From NCBI GenBank assembly GCA_963707985.1, contig CAVPRW010000024.1, positions 180,227-244,226 of the forward strand: DNA of 64,000 nucleotides. The letters are read 5' to 3'. The position numbers were made by a program, and so were the translations under genes. This stretch comes from an uncultured Nitrospinota bacterium (GTDB taxonomy: Bacteria > Tectomicrobia > Entotheonellia > J063 > CAVPRW01). The notes under the pieces were generated by a model, which saw only the letters and a program-made list of their open reading frames with translations, searched no databases and was not told the origin of the DNA. This document shows, piece after piece, positions 54,020 to 64,000 of this stretch. Each line of letters begins with the position of its first letter. Position 1 is the first letter of the stretch.

Positions 54020-54052
54020 CCCTCTCCCTCCAGGAGAGGGCCAGGGTGAGGG
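54020..54052 (+). repeat. REP-like palindrome copy
   Basis: CCCTCTCCCTCCAGGAGAGGGCCAGGGTGAGGG. Confidence 0.82.
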
Positions 54053-54099
54053 TGTTATGATTGTGTTACATCTAGCCTTTGCATAGAGAGGAGCTAGCC

Positions 54100-54630
54100 A
54101 TGGCAGAAGCGGAACTCAACGGTCTGCGTCCAGCAAAGATCCAGGCTATTTTGGATTCGATGAAGAACGACCCGGAGGTCCTGAAAGCCGTCACCGGCCC
54201 ATGGAAGACTCGGGTGGTGTGGCAAAGCGGTTTTAAGACCAAATCCTATATGCGCAAGCACGTTGTGGAGATGGACGAGCCAGAGGGACTGGACGCCGGC
54301 GATACGGCAGCCAGTGCCCATGAGCAACTGCTCTCAGCTGTCGGCACCTGCATGACGGTGGGGTTTGTGCTCAATGCGACCAAGCGCGGCGTCAAAGTGC
54401 ACGACCTCGAGATCGCCTTGGAGGGGAACTTCAGCAATATTCTGAAATGGGCCGGGCATAGCGACACGGGGAATCCTGGCTACCCCTCGATCAAAGCCAA
54501 GGTCTTTGTGAAGGCCGACGCCGATGAAGCGACCTTACGCGAGATCTGGAAAGCCGCCGTCGAAGGCTCGCCGGTCGCACAAACGGTGGCGCGCCCAACC
54601 GAGATCATCCCTGAATTTGAAGCCCTGTAA
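54100..54630 (+). CDS. OsmC family protein
   Basis: MDEP..G.D, EQLLSAVGTC, LEIALEG, GSPVAQTV. Confidence 0.85.
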   Translation: MAEAELNGLRPAKIQAILDSMKNDPEVLKAVTGPWKTRVVWQSGFKTKSYMRKHVVEMDEPEGLDAGDTAASAHEQLLSAVGTCMTVGFVLNATKRGVKVHDLEIALEGNFSNILKWAGHSDTGNPGYPSIKAKVFVKADADEATLREIWKAAVEGSPVAQTVARPTEIIPEFEAL

Positions 54631-54676
54631 CCCCTCCAGACCATGCAGGCGCCAGGTTGAATGCCTGGACGGGATT

Positions 54677-54773
54677 CCCTCTCCCGCTGGGAGAGGGTCA
54701 GGGTGAGGGTGGCAGAGCACGGAGCGTGCAGTTTGCATCTCTCACCCCAACCCTCTCCCGCTGGAAGAGAGGG
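54677..54773. repeat. Inverted pair of REP-like palindromes (REPIN-like, no gene inside)
   Basis: CCCTCTCCCGCTGGGAGAGGGTCAGGGTGAGGG, ~30-bp spacer, TCTCACCCCAACCCTCTCCCGCTGGAAGAGAGGG. Confidence 0.82.
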
Positions 54774-54806
54774 TTACATGCATCGTCAGTAGCGTGGAGG
54801 AGGACG

Positions 54807-55637
54807 ATGGCGACTTTGGTCACGGCGCAATGGGTCGAACAGCATATCGATGCTCCGGACATGTTGCTCCTCGACCCACGGCGGCCGATGCGCTATCTAC
54901 AGGGCCATCTCAAACAGGCCGTAAACCTTCCCGTCTACAAAGCCTTCGACGCCGAGGGCAAACTCTTGCCTGACGCGCAGCTGCAGCGTTGGATCGGCAC
55001 TGCTGGTCTGGATGACCGGGCGACCCCAGTGATTTACGATTCCTTTGATGGCCAGAACGGGGCCATGCTCGCGTGGCTGTTGGAGTACTTCGGTCGTGCC
55101 GATGTGCACCTGCTGAACATCTTTTACGAGCGTTGGGCGGCCGATGGCCACGAAGTCTTCTATAAACCGGTCTCCCCTGTCGCCAAAGCCTTCACGGCGC
55201 AGGTCAATGCTCGGATTCGGGCGACGCTCGATGACCTCCGCAGCGCGTCGGACCTCAGGCTCATCGACTTCCGTAGTCGAGAGGAGTATACCGGCGCGCA
55301 GGATCGCGATGGCCAACCCGGGCACATCCCCGGGGCGGTCAATATCGTCTGGCGCACCCTCAACGGCCCCCAGCAGGAAGTACTCGCCTCACACGAGACC
55401 ATTCAACAATTGGTCAGCGCCACTGGCATCCAGCCTGGCGACCAGATTGTCGCCTACTGCCGCCTGGGGATGCGCGCCGCCTTGGGGTATCTGGCCTTAC
55501 AACAGGCGGGGTATGACATCCGGCTCTATGACCGCTCGTACGCCGAATGGGCTCGTAATGGGCTGCCGTCGGTAGGCGGGAACGACCCGTACGGCAACGG
55601 CGATGCGCCGCCTTCCCCCAACAGATCAAGTACCTAG
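54807..55637 (+). CDS. Tandem-domain rhodanese / thiosulfate sulfurtransferase
   Basis: LVTAQW, YLQGHL, GHIPGAVN, YCRLGMRA, YDRSYAEW. Confidence 0.9.
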   Translation: MATLVTAQWVEQHIDAPDMLLLDPRRPMRYLQGHLKQAVNLPVYKAFDAEGKLLPDAQLQRWIGTAGLDDRATPVIYDSFDGQNGAMLAWLLEYFGRADVHLLNIFYERWAADGHEVFYKPVSPVAKAFTAQVNARIRATLDDLRSASDLRLIDFRSREEYTGAQDRDGQPGHIPGAVNIVWRTLNGPQQEVLASHETIQQLVSATGIQPGDQIVAYCRLGMRAALGYLALQQAGYDIRLYDRSYAEWARNGLPSVGGNDPYGNGDAPPSPNRSST

Positions 55638-55831
55638 CCCAAGGCCAAGCGAGGATCGCCGGCATGAACCGGTGTCTCCGGAAGCCCAAGCTTGCAGCGG
55701 GCGATGCTTGCCTCCTGAACCAAGGCATCACACGCGAAGAAGTGGCTCCGGCCCGACAGCCCCTCTCGTCCGAACGCGCAATCCGATGACAGGATCAGAC
55801 GCTGAGGACGAGGACATGGAGGTAGCTCATC

Positions 55832-57274
55832 ATGGACTTACTGATACGTGGCGGCATCGTTGTGACCCCGGAGGAAGTCGGAGAGCGGGATGTTGGCGTG
55901 CAGGATGGCACGATCGTCGCTGTCACCTCACCTGGAATGCTACCAGACGACGCTGGACGCGTCATCGACGCCCGCGGCAAAATCGTCCTTCCCGGTGGTA
56001 TCGAGCCACATGCGCACATCGCTATTCCGGTTCCCGAACGTTGGGCCGGGCGTCCAGAGGTCATGACCCAGCCCCCGGAGGCAGCTAGCCGCGCCGCGGC
56101 GTTCGGCGGGGTGACGACGGTCATCGATTTCGCCGGCAACTTGAATCCACCCATGGGGGTTGTCTCGTTTCAAGAGTCCATCCCGCAGGTGATCGAGGAG
56201 CGGCGCAATGTCTTTCGTGGCCATGCCTATACAGACTTTGCCTTTCATTACATCCTGGCCGGCCAGGTGGTGCCGGAGGTCATTGGGCAAATCGGCGAGG
56301 CGGTGCAAGAAGGGATCGCCAGCTTCAAAATCTTTACAACAGCCACCTTTCCTGGCTTACGTGTGCCCTATGGTCATCTCTGGGCGGTCTTCGCCGAGGT
56401 CGCCAAACACGGCGGCATCATGGCCGTGCATGCTGAGGAGGATGACATCGTCACCTATATGGAGGAAAAGCTGACACGAGAGCGGCGTGACCAGGGCTAC
56501 AACCTGCACTTGGTGCACAATAATCTTTCCGAGGATCTCGCCTTCCGCAAGGTCATCCGTCTGGCGCGCCACACCGAGGCAGGGATCTATTTCGTCCATA
56601 CCACCGCCAAAGAAGGGGTGGCGGCGATCGCCGAAGCCCGCGACCAGCGCCAGCCGGTGTATGGCGAGGCGCTGCACAACTATCTGCAGTTTACCTGTGA
56701 GGACTATAAGAAGCCCGATGGCACCGCCATCCACACCTATCCGGCGATCAAGTTCGCTGACGATCGTGATGCGCTGCAGGCGGGACTGATGGGCGGAGAC
56801 CTGTGCACCACGGCGACCGATGAATATACGACCTATAAGAACGTCAAGCTCTCCGGCGATACGATCCACACCGTCTGCGGCGGGCATAACGGCATCGAGA
56901 CTCGTATCCCGGTGGCCTTCACCAAGTTCGTGTCGCAGCAAGGCATGTCGCTGCAACGCTTTGCCGCCATCACCTCCACCAACGCCGCCAAGATCCTTGG
57001 ATTATACCCACAGAAAGGGGTGATCGCGCCTGGCAGCGATGCCGACCTGGTGCTCATCGATCCACATCTGCGCAAGACGATCTCCCTGGCCGACCTGCAT
57101 GCTGACTCCGACTATAGCATCTGGGATGGGTTTGCCTGTCAGGGCTACCCGGTGATGACGATCCTGCGCGGCAAGGTCATCGTGGAGGACGGCCGGTTGC
57201 TGGGGAGCTCTGCGGACGGGCGCTGGCTCAAGCGCAAGGTTGCCCCCGATGTGCTGGCACGGCCGGTGGTATAA
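55832..57274 (+). CDS. Dihydropyrimidinase/hydantoinase-like amidohydrolase
   Basis: PGGIEPHAH, AAFGGVTT, SFKIF, VHAE, KGVIAPGSDADLV. Confidence 0.9.
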   Translation: MDLLIRGGIVVTPEEVGERDVGVQDGTIVAVTSPGMLPDDAGRVIDARGKIVLPGGIEPHAHIAIPVPERWAGRPEVMTQPPEAASRAAAFGGVTTVIDFAGNLNPPMGVVSFQESIPQVIEERRNVFRGHAYTDFAFHYILAGQVVPEVIGQIGEAVQEGIASFKIFTTATFPGLRVPYGHLWAVFAEVAKHGGIMAVHAEEDDIVTYMEEKLTRERRDQGYNLHLVHNNLSEDLAFRKVIRLARHTEAGIYFVHTTAKEGVAAIAEARDQRQPVYGEALHNYLQFTCEDYKKPDGTAIHTYPAIKFADDRDALQAGLMGGDLCTTATDEYTTYKNVKLSGDTIHTVCGGHNGIETRIPVAFTKFVSQQGMSLQRFAAITSTNAAKILGLYPQKGVIAPGSDADLVLIDPHLRKTISLADLHADSDYSIWDGFACQGYPVMTILRGKVIVEDGRLLGSSADGRWLKRKVAPDVLARPVV

Positions 57275-57302
57275 GCAAGGATCGAGAGCTGGCAAGAGTC
57301 AC

Positions 57303-57350
57303 GGCGTCGAGGCGGTCGGTCAATGCATCCGAACCGACGCCTCGGACGCC
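57303..57350. terminator. GC-rich hairpin between convergent genes
   Basis: GGCGTCGAGGCGGTCGGT...ACCGACGCCTCGGACGCC. Confidence 0.55.
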
Positions 57351-57389
57351 GCTATCCTATGCCGACGCTCGGACAGGAGCGGCAACGCT

Positions 57390-58532
57390 TCATGAAGCCG
57401 AAGATGACGTCAGGGCTGCCTCTGCGGTCTTTTCCCCTTTGTCCTTGGCGCGGAAGTGCGGAATGACGTATTTCCCAAAGAGGCGCAGGGAGTTCATCAC
57501 CTCGGCATTGGTTGCCGGTCCGGCCTGGAAGATCGGCATGATCTCCGTGGCGCCCATCTGTTCATAACGCTCGATGGTGGCGATACAGTCGTCGGGCGTG
57601 CCGACACAGAACCGGGCGGTTTTCAACACCTCGTCCGGGCTCACCCCCTTGCGCATCTGGGGATCCCACTCGAAGCGGCGCACGTGGTACTTGTAGTCCT
57701 GCGGCACGGACGACAGGTCTACGCCTTCCCAACCACGCTCATAGTTTTTCAACCGAATGTTGACGTTCCAGGAGGCGATCTCGGCGCCGCGCTCCAGGGC
57801 ATGCTGTTTATTCTCATCGCAGAAGCCGATGCTGGACACGACCACCTGGTTGTTCACGAACTTGCCAACCGGTTGGGCTTTTGCCAGCGCGTCTTTGTAA
57901 ATCTGCAGGCGCTTCTCGACCGTCTCATAGCTCCCCAGGACGTTGCACAAACAACCGAGCCCCAGCTCGCCGGCGCGCTGGAAAGTATCGTCTTGGCTGC
58001 AGGCCGAAAACAACGGCGGATGCGGTTGCTGCACGGGCTTGGGGATGACCTCACGGGGTGGAATCTGGTAGTGTTTCCCGTCGTGGGAGAAGACCTGTTC
58101 CGTCCACATGCGCGGCAGAATGGACAGGGCTTCCTCCCATCGATCACGCGTCTCTTCGAGCTTCACGCCAAAGGGTGTGAGTTGGTAGGGATTGCCCGAG
58201 CGTCCGACCCCAACATCCACCCGGCCGCCGCTCATCACGTCCAGGGTCGCGACCTTGGCAGCCACATGCAGTGGATGATGGACGGGCAATAGCACCACGC
58301 CGAACCCCAGGCGCATGGTGGTGGTATGTTGGCTCATCACCGCCAGCATCACTTCCGATGCACTGCAGTGGGCCCACTCCGTTAAAAAGTGATGCTCGAC
58401 AAACCAGACACGGTCAAACCCCATCTCCTCCGCATAGCGCACCTGCGCCACCACTTCGCGCAGGCGTTCGGCTTCGGGCACCGGGGATACCGGTCGCGGC
58501 ACTTGAATCTCGTAGAACAAGCCAAATTTCAT
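57390..58532 (-). CDS. LLM (luciferase-like) flavin-dependent monooxygenase
   Basis: MKFGLFYE, AEEMGFDRVWFVEHHF, LDVMSGGRV, PKPVQQPHPP, FGKYVIPHF. Confidence 0.93.
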   Translation of the reverse strand: MKFGLFYEIQVPRPVSPVPEAERLREVVAQVRYAEEMGFDRVWFVEHHFLTEWAHCSASEVMLAVMSQHTTTMRLGFGVVLLPVHHPLHVAAKVATLDVMSGGRVDVGVGRSGNPYQLTPFGVKLEETRDRWEEALSILPRMWTEQVFSHDGKHYQIPPREVIPKPVQQPHPPLFSACSQDDTFQRAGELGLGCLCNVLGSYETVEKRLQIYKDALAKAQPVGKFVNNQVVVSSIGFCDENKQHALERGAEIASWNVNIRLKNYERGWEGVDLSSVPQDYKYHVRRFEWDPQMRKGVSPDEVLKTARFCVGTPDDCIATIERYEQMGATEIMPIFQAGPATNAEVMNSLRLFGKYVIPHFRAKDKGEKTAEAALTSSSAS

Positions 58533-58579
58533 CAGCCTTCTCCCTATTCGGTTGGATCGTCTGCGATACGATCGCCTCT

Positions 58580-59485
58580 TCAGCGTCCCTGCGGGTCACG
58601 CACCTGGACCCCTGCACGTTCCTCTTGCAGTAAGAAAATCGCGCTCGAATCTTTATCGGCTAATCCGCGCTGCAGCGCTTCCTCCATTTGTTGCTCGACC
58701 AACCCTGCCACCATCATCGGGACATGATATTCCTTCGCCAGCTCAGTCGCCAAACCGAGATCTTTGCGCGACAGCTTCAACGCAAAACTCACGTTGTCGA
58801 AATCCCCTTTAAAGACGGTCTCCGGGATCGATTCTTTGAGCACTCGTCCCTGCCCGAACGAGCCGCGCTGGATGGCGTCGAGCAACGCCCGCGGCGACAC
58901 TCCAGCTTTGACACCCAGCGTCAACCCCTCGGCGATGGCCACGCGCGAGCACAACGACACCATGTTATGCACGATCTTGGCAATGGTGCCGCAGCCGATC
59001 TCGCCGATGTAGGTCACCTTATCGCCGATGGCGTCCAGCACCGGTTTGATCTGCTGGTACAGCGCTTCGTCGCCGCCGACCATGACTGCCAGCGATGCCC
59101 GACGCGCGCCCGAGGCTCCGCCACTGACCGGTGCATCGATGACATGCACACCCTTCTCACGGAATTTGCCATGGATCTGCCGGATCAAGGTGGCCGAGCT
59201 CGTTGACAGATCGGCATAGATACTTCCTGGTGCCGCTCCCGCCAGAATTCCATTCTCCCCCAGAGCCACGGCCTCGACCTCCCGCGGGCCCGGCAGCGAG
59301 GTGAAGATCAGCTCGCTCTGCTCGGCCACGGCCTTAGGCGTATCGGCCCAGGTGGCGCCTTGCCGCAGGTGTGGCGCAGCCATATCTTGTCGAATATCGT
59401 TGACCACCATGGTGTGGCCGGCTTTCATGACATTCAGGGCCATTGGCCCACCCATATTGCCCAATCCGATAAAGCCGATGCGCAT
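58580..59485 (-). CDS. NAD(P)-dependent beta-hydroxyacid dehydrogenase (3-hydroxyisobutyrate DH family)
   Basis: IGFIGLGNMG, DAPVSGG, KIVHN, KDLGLA. Confidence 0.93.
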   Translation of the reverse strand: MRIGFIGLGNMGGPMALNVMKAGHTMVVNDIRQDMAAPHLRQGATWADTPKAVAEQSELIFTSLPGPREVEAVALGENGILAGAAPGSIYADLSTSSATLIRQIHGKFREKGVHVIDAPVSGGASGARRASLAVMVGGDEALYQQIKPVLDAIGDKVTYIGEIGCGTIAKIVHNMVSLCSRVAIAEGLTLGVKAGVSPRALLDAIQRGSFGQGRVLKESIPETVFKGDFDNVSFALKLSRKDLGLATELAKEYHVPMMVAGLVEQQMEEALQRGLADKDSSAIFLLQEERAGVQVRDPQGR

Positions 59486-59793
59486 CAAACACCTCCAATT
59501 TCCATGATTGTTACCGGCGCTTGCGGGCCAGACGCCGCTTACCTTGTCCCACCAGCTATGCTTCCACCTTCATTCGCATGATCAGCATTAACGGGACGAG
59601 CGGATCGTCGGTCGCATTTCAGCCCGACGAATGGCCTGATCTTATCAGATGCAGGTGTGTGAGGAAAAGGCTTTTCGCCTGGGGGACCTGGAAGGGCGGT
59701 AGCACAGGGGCTGTCGGCGGTGATCGGACCCCGGCGAACTGCCTTGTGAAGCCGCGATCGCGACGTTTCTGCATCGGTCATCTGCAGCCGGTG

Positions 59794-61065
59794 TCACCTT
59801 GCTCTTCGAAGGAGACTGCGCAGATGACGCGCAGTCCCGAGGCGCGCAGGCCTCGTATGCACAGGTTTCCTCGGACGATCCCCACCAGCTCTCCGATCAA
59901 GCTGAAGCATGGCGCCTATCTCTTCAAGGAGAGGCGAAGTTAAGCCTGACGCATGCTGACGGCGACGCGTGGCTGGTTCGACTTCATCATTGATGAGGGC
60001 AGCAAGCCACCACATTTTCGCGCATGCAAAGGGCTCGCTCCCTTGATCTTGGTGGATAGAATACAGCAGCTCATCCAGCTCGTTCAGCAAGGAACGCGCG
60101 TTGAGAGCATTGACGGGGATACCCCTGAGGAACTCTCGTATTCGCTTGAGTAGCTGTGGGCCAATTTGATCCACCCGCTGACACCAACGATCGGGGATTT
60201 TGTATACACGGCGGAACCCCTCGAGCCTACTATGAAGATTGCTCTCCTCGCGTGGCCTGAGCTCGCCGAACTCCGCCTCAGTAAGAGCTCTTCCAAGCCG
60301 AATCTGCAAGTAGGTGCGTGACCCTAAACCGGTTTCACGATAGGGAAGAAAAATGTCTTCCACGCCGAGTCGATCGCTAGACCATCCCTGAAGCGGGTTT
60401 GCCTTGCCCTTAATCATCGCGTTACAGTAATGGCATATCGGGATGAGATTGAAAGGATGACATGCCAGATGTGGATACATGCTTTCGGGAAGGTAGTGAT
60501 CAATCTCAGCGAATATATGGCCACCGAGCGTGGTATGGTAGCCGGTCTCATCGCATACCGCACAGATGTGTAGATGGTGATTTGCTTCCTTGAACGCTAT
60601 CAGCAAATCCTGTCTCCCAAAAGAGATAGCTCCAGGCTCGAAGAAAATATAGCCAGGTAATCCAGTGGGACTGCAAAGATCGACATAGAACCGTCGGAGG
60701 AAATCCGCTCCTGCTCTCGCCCACAATGAAGCAGTTCTCCGAACATGGGTATCGATATGTCCGATCGGGTGATGAAGGAATGCGAAGGCTTCACGCGTGA
60801 TGCGTCTACTCCACCCGAGCTTCTGCGTAGTAGGCCCTTGCGCAAATTTCTCCAGGGGCTCGTATCGGCTGGGGGCACGCCAAATCCATGCGGCGATTTG
60901 AGCGCCGCGTCCGCGAAATCTCGCACATCGATCGAGATATGTGGTGCAGCTTGCTTCGTTTAGGGTATCTCGGGTAGCCGCATAGGTTAGCAACAGCACT
61001 TGCAGAGCTACGACATCGGTCAGTCGCTTGCGCGTGATCTCCGGCAAAAAGACCTGGTGGATCAT
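59794..61065 (-). CDS. HNH endonuclease-domain protein (PtuB-like)
   Basis: CAVC...EIDHYLPESMYPHLACHPFNLIPICHYCN..KG; overlaps upstream ATPase by 4 nt. Confidence 0.82.
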   Translation of the reverse strand: MIHQVFLPEITRKRLTDVVALQVLLLTYAATRDTLNEASCTTYLDRCARFRGRGAQIAAWIWRAPSRYEPLEKFAQGPTTQKLGWSRRITREAFAFLHHPIGHIDTHVRRTASLWARAGADFLRRFYVDLCSPTGLPGYIFFEPGAISFGRQDLLIAFKEANHHLHICAVCDETGYHTTLGGHIFAEIDHYLPESMYPHLACHPFNLIPICHYCNAMIKGKANPLQGWSSDRLGVEDIFLPYRETGLGSRTYLQIRLGRALTEAEFGELRPREESNLHSRLEGFRRVYKIPDRWCQRVDQIGPQLLKRIREFLRGIPVNALNARSLLNELDELLYSIHQDQGSEPFACAKMWWLAALINDEVEPATRRRQHASGLTSPLLEEIGAMLQLDRRAGGDRPRKPVHTRPARLGTARHLRSLLRRAR

Positions 61066-62671
61066 CCCCCTTCGATATCCTGTAAGGCGCGACGAATACG
61101 GTAGCTCCAATACCCTGGGCCGACAACGGCGAGCAGCTCCTGCAATTGCTTGCGCTGTTCATCAGGGCTGAGGCCGGGTAAGCCCTCCAATACCGTCTGA
61201 ATTCGAGTCACGCTCTGCTCACCTGAGGCCTGTGGCGCGCCGAACACGTGCACGAGGATATCACTCGGGTCGGCCGCAAAGGTATGGATAGAAGGGTTGA
61301 AAGCCTGAGTGGTGTATGGCCCCTCTCGATTGAGAACGATGATATCCTCACTGGAAACATCGGTGAGCACAATACTGGAATGGGTAGCCATCAACACGTG
61401 GCTGTGGCGATCTTTGAGCACCGCATCAAGCAAGTAAACGATCTGGCGCTTCCAGTAATCGTTGAAATGTACCTCGGGCTCATCCAGAAGAATGAGTGCC
61501 TCAGTCGTACCAAGCAACGAAAACAGACACATTCGCCCGAGGAAACTTTGCTCGCCATCGCTCAGCCATGTCAGTAGATGCATCGGCGGGCGTTCTCTCT
61601 TCGCCCCAGCCCGCCGGGGCGGGACCGGTCTTTCGAGGAACACGTTGACCTCCTGCAGTACAGGCTGTTCATGGTCAACAGCTATAGCCAGGCGGGCCAA
61701 AGCTTCGAAAAGCTGCAAGCCGTCGGAAAACTCTTCGAGAATGCGCTGGGAGACGAAGTGATCACGTCTAGGTAACGGAGGATCCTGCGAGGCGAAGCAA
61801 GGTGTGCTCTATAGGGTCATGGTCCCATCCTGCCAGATCGAACACCAGCAAATAATCTGACCCCAGCCGAAGAGCACGGCTAGCATATTTTGCCAACCGG
61901 TTAACCTGAAGGCGATCATCATTGCTTGTCACGCCCTGGTTCATGCGGAACTTAAGCGAGAAGCCCCGCACAGTTCCGATCTTGGCTTCGTTCAGCACTT
62001 TGTAGAGTCGACGGTCTTCAGCGCGATCCACCTCCGCCATGTCATTCAAGAGCCCGCATAGAGTAACCAAGGAGAGCCACTGCGATCGGATCAAAAGAAA
62101 TCGACTCGTAACCTGGGTTTCCGTTTCCTCGCCAGTTTCAGGCTCGGTGGACTTCCCCGGCAATTCGCGGATCGCTCGCTCAATTGGCGATAGACTCCGC
62201 ACAGCCTCAGGATTGTTCTGCCTCACCCACTCCCGTTCTTGTGTCTCCGTCCACTCCATTTCGCTACCTGTGGTAAATGCAATCACTCGAGTTGGAAGCA
62301 GCTCGCTGCTGAGCTCGCCCAACTCACCATTCACCCAGGTTTGCAAGGGGCCGAGATCCGTGGGTCCTTCGCTGTCTGAGTTCTGGAGTCGATTCGAGAG
62401 CATAACAGTGCGCCGAGCATCGCTGACTCCGAGCTCATACTCCATCTCAAAAGGGAATGGAATCGGCTCATTCCGTTCGAGTTTCCGCATGAGGTCTGCG
62501 ATGGCACGAAGTATCGTTGATTTCCCGGTGCCGTTCACACCGACGAGGAAGTCGAGTCCATACGAGGAGGCATGGGCAGGGAGTGCCTCGTTGAGTGTGG
62601 GATGTCCGAAGCGGATTTCGAAGATCCCGTAGAACTCGGTAACTTCCGAGATAGAGCCGTAGGAGTCTCAT
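61062..62671 (-). CDS. ABC/AAA_21-type ATPase (PtuA / restriction-associated AAA-like), two frameshifts
   Basis: MRLLRLYLGSYR, GVNGTGKS, LSDGEQ, LILLDEPEVHFN, ATHSS. Confidence 0.88.
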
Positions 62672-64000
62672 GCGTCTTCCTGGCCCGACTCGCTTGATGG
62701 CGCATCAGAGAGCCAGCGGTCACGCTCCGTCACACGCCGGTAGAACACCATTAGCTCGCTGGTATTCGGGTCTGCGATGGTGACAGGGATGATCACTCCC
62801 ATGCGTTCCAGAAGGTCCAGGGTCGCAAGCGTGTTCTCTGACGCCTCCAGTGCACCACTTGGTTCCACATCTGCAGGGGTGAAGAGTGCCGCTGTGACAT
62901 AGGAAGTCTTACCATTCTTGACTCGTTCAACCTGTTTGAGCACTCGTTTCCAGACTTCCCTTTGGGCATCGGAAAAGACGCCAAATGGGTCGATAGCCTT
63001 ATCGTGCTCTGTCAGGAGGGGTGACGGCAGCTTTTCGGTGGCGATGGGAGCCAGTTCCAGTCGACCGAGCAAGCCGTCGATGTGCTTGCCCAGTTGGCGT
63101 TGATTCTGCCACATATGCCCAAGAAGGATCGCCGGAGATTCCACTTGCCGGGCTGTTTCCAGGCTTTTCACATATTGATCGGGGCGGAGGTCGTACGAAC
63201 GCTGGCGAAGTCGCTCACGAGGCATCGTCGCGCCGAGTAGCCGTCCATCGGCAGTGATCGCGACAGCCTGCGCAGGGGCACTCCCATGGAACACAGTCGT
63301 TCCGGGGGAGGGAGCACTCTCCCTCCATTTGTAGAGTTGGCGCAGCAAGGCTGTCCGCTCCTCACCCTCACGCGCTTCTCCACTGTCCAGTAGAATCTGT
63401 ATATATCGCCGCCGCTCCTGGACATCGGTAATCCACTGCCAAGATGAACATCGGGGTTTTAGGGGGTTCATCGACTGCCGGTAAAGATCTCTATGGATGC
63501 GAGCGTCGCAGCGACGATTGCCTCGATGACCACCCCGAGAAATTGGTCTTTCCCGGAGGCAATTTTCTTGATCCCAACGACCGCTCCCTCTCCGTCAGGA
63601 ATCATGGCATCGTAATTCGCAGCGCGCTTGGCAAAGATCCCCTCGATGAATGGCAGATCACTCTCTTCACTGGGAGGTTCCGTAAGGTCGCGGTCACGCC
63701 CAGCCGGGTAACCATCGTGTTCGACCTGGATGAACCAGACTTGACCTTGTGCCGCAGGTGTGCGTCTGCACACCAGGAGCAGGTGGGTTTGCAGAGCGCT
63801 GAAGGGTTGGCAGGCATCTTTGGGTAAGGACACCACCGCTTCCACTGTATATTCATCGAGCAACCGGCCCCGCAAATCGCGTTCACCTGCGCTGTTGCTG
63901 AAGAGGAGACCCGATGGCACCAGGATCGCTGCCCGCCCGTCATCGGCAAGGTTATGCAAAGCCAGGGCAGCCAGTGCTGTTTCGCTACGGCTACTGGTTT
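62668..64000 (-). CDS. N-6 DNA methylase (HsdM-like) C-terminal part with long extension; truncated by window edge, frameshift near 63470
   Basis: LHNLADDGRAAILVPSGLLF..RDLRGRLL..EAVVSLP..F..QTHLL, VWF..EHDGY; YDLRPDQY. Confidence 0.8.

Noticed and set aside
40591..54773. REP-like repeats as a CRISPR array
   Set aside because: Copies are dispersed or in inverted pairs, not regularly spaced direct repeats; no cas genes
57456..58292. Long antisense ORFs (also 18788-19588, 25742-26593, 43241-44161)
   Set aside because: Shadow frames of well-supported genes in GC-rich DNA
59500..59800. Retron ncRNA next to PtuAB-like genes
   Set aside because: No reverse transcriptase in the window and no convincing msr-msd inverted repeats

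Overview
GC-rich bacterial chromosomal window with about 55 genes, mostly metabolic. The gene repertoire and CCCTCTCCC..GGGAGAGGG repeats are reminiscent of Tectomicrobia/Entotheonella-like soil bacteria, which is a weak inference only. Housekeeping and metabolic genes include khpA, a cold-shock gene, folB, an HDAC-family deacetylase, an endonuclease III-like gene, a VWA protein, GTP-dependent PEPCK, a CdaA-YbbR diadenylate cyclase, amidase, CobW, racemase, PQQ dehydrogenase with cytochrome c, glycerate kinase, D-aminoacylase, GGT, a Mo-oxidoreductase, queE, MetE-like/OsmC/rhodanese and dihydropyrimidinase. Many genes carry single-base frameshifts, probably long-read errors, and at least four loci are collapsed by large internal deletions. 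Accessory parts are an IS5/ISL3 + SIR2-like/nSTAND NTPase + MNT-HEPN island (44.1-50.7 kb) and an N6-methylase/ABC-ATPase/HNH defence operon at the right edge. The best candidate for a new system is an unannotated three-gene operon at 12.2-14.8 kb. Its first gene follows, motif by motif, the PafA/Dop (Pup ligase) carboxylate-amine ligase pattern, but it has no Pup or proteasome genes nearby and is paired with a 2-TM protein and a small unknown protein. Second is a REP-like palindrome family that brackets a DUF559 endonuclease as an inverted pair and also occurs as gene-less inverted pairs. No rRNA, tRNA or CRISPR array was recognised. All family calls are from motif recognition by eye; no searches were run.
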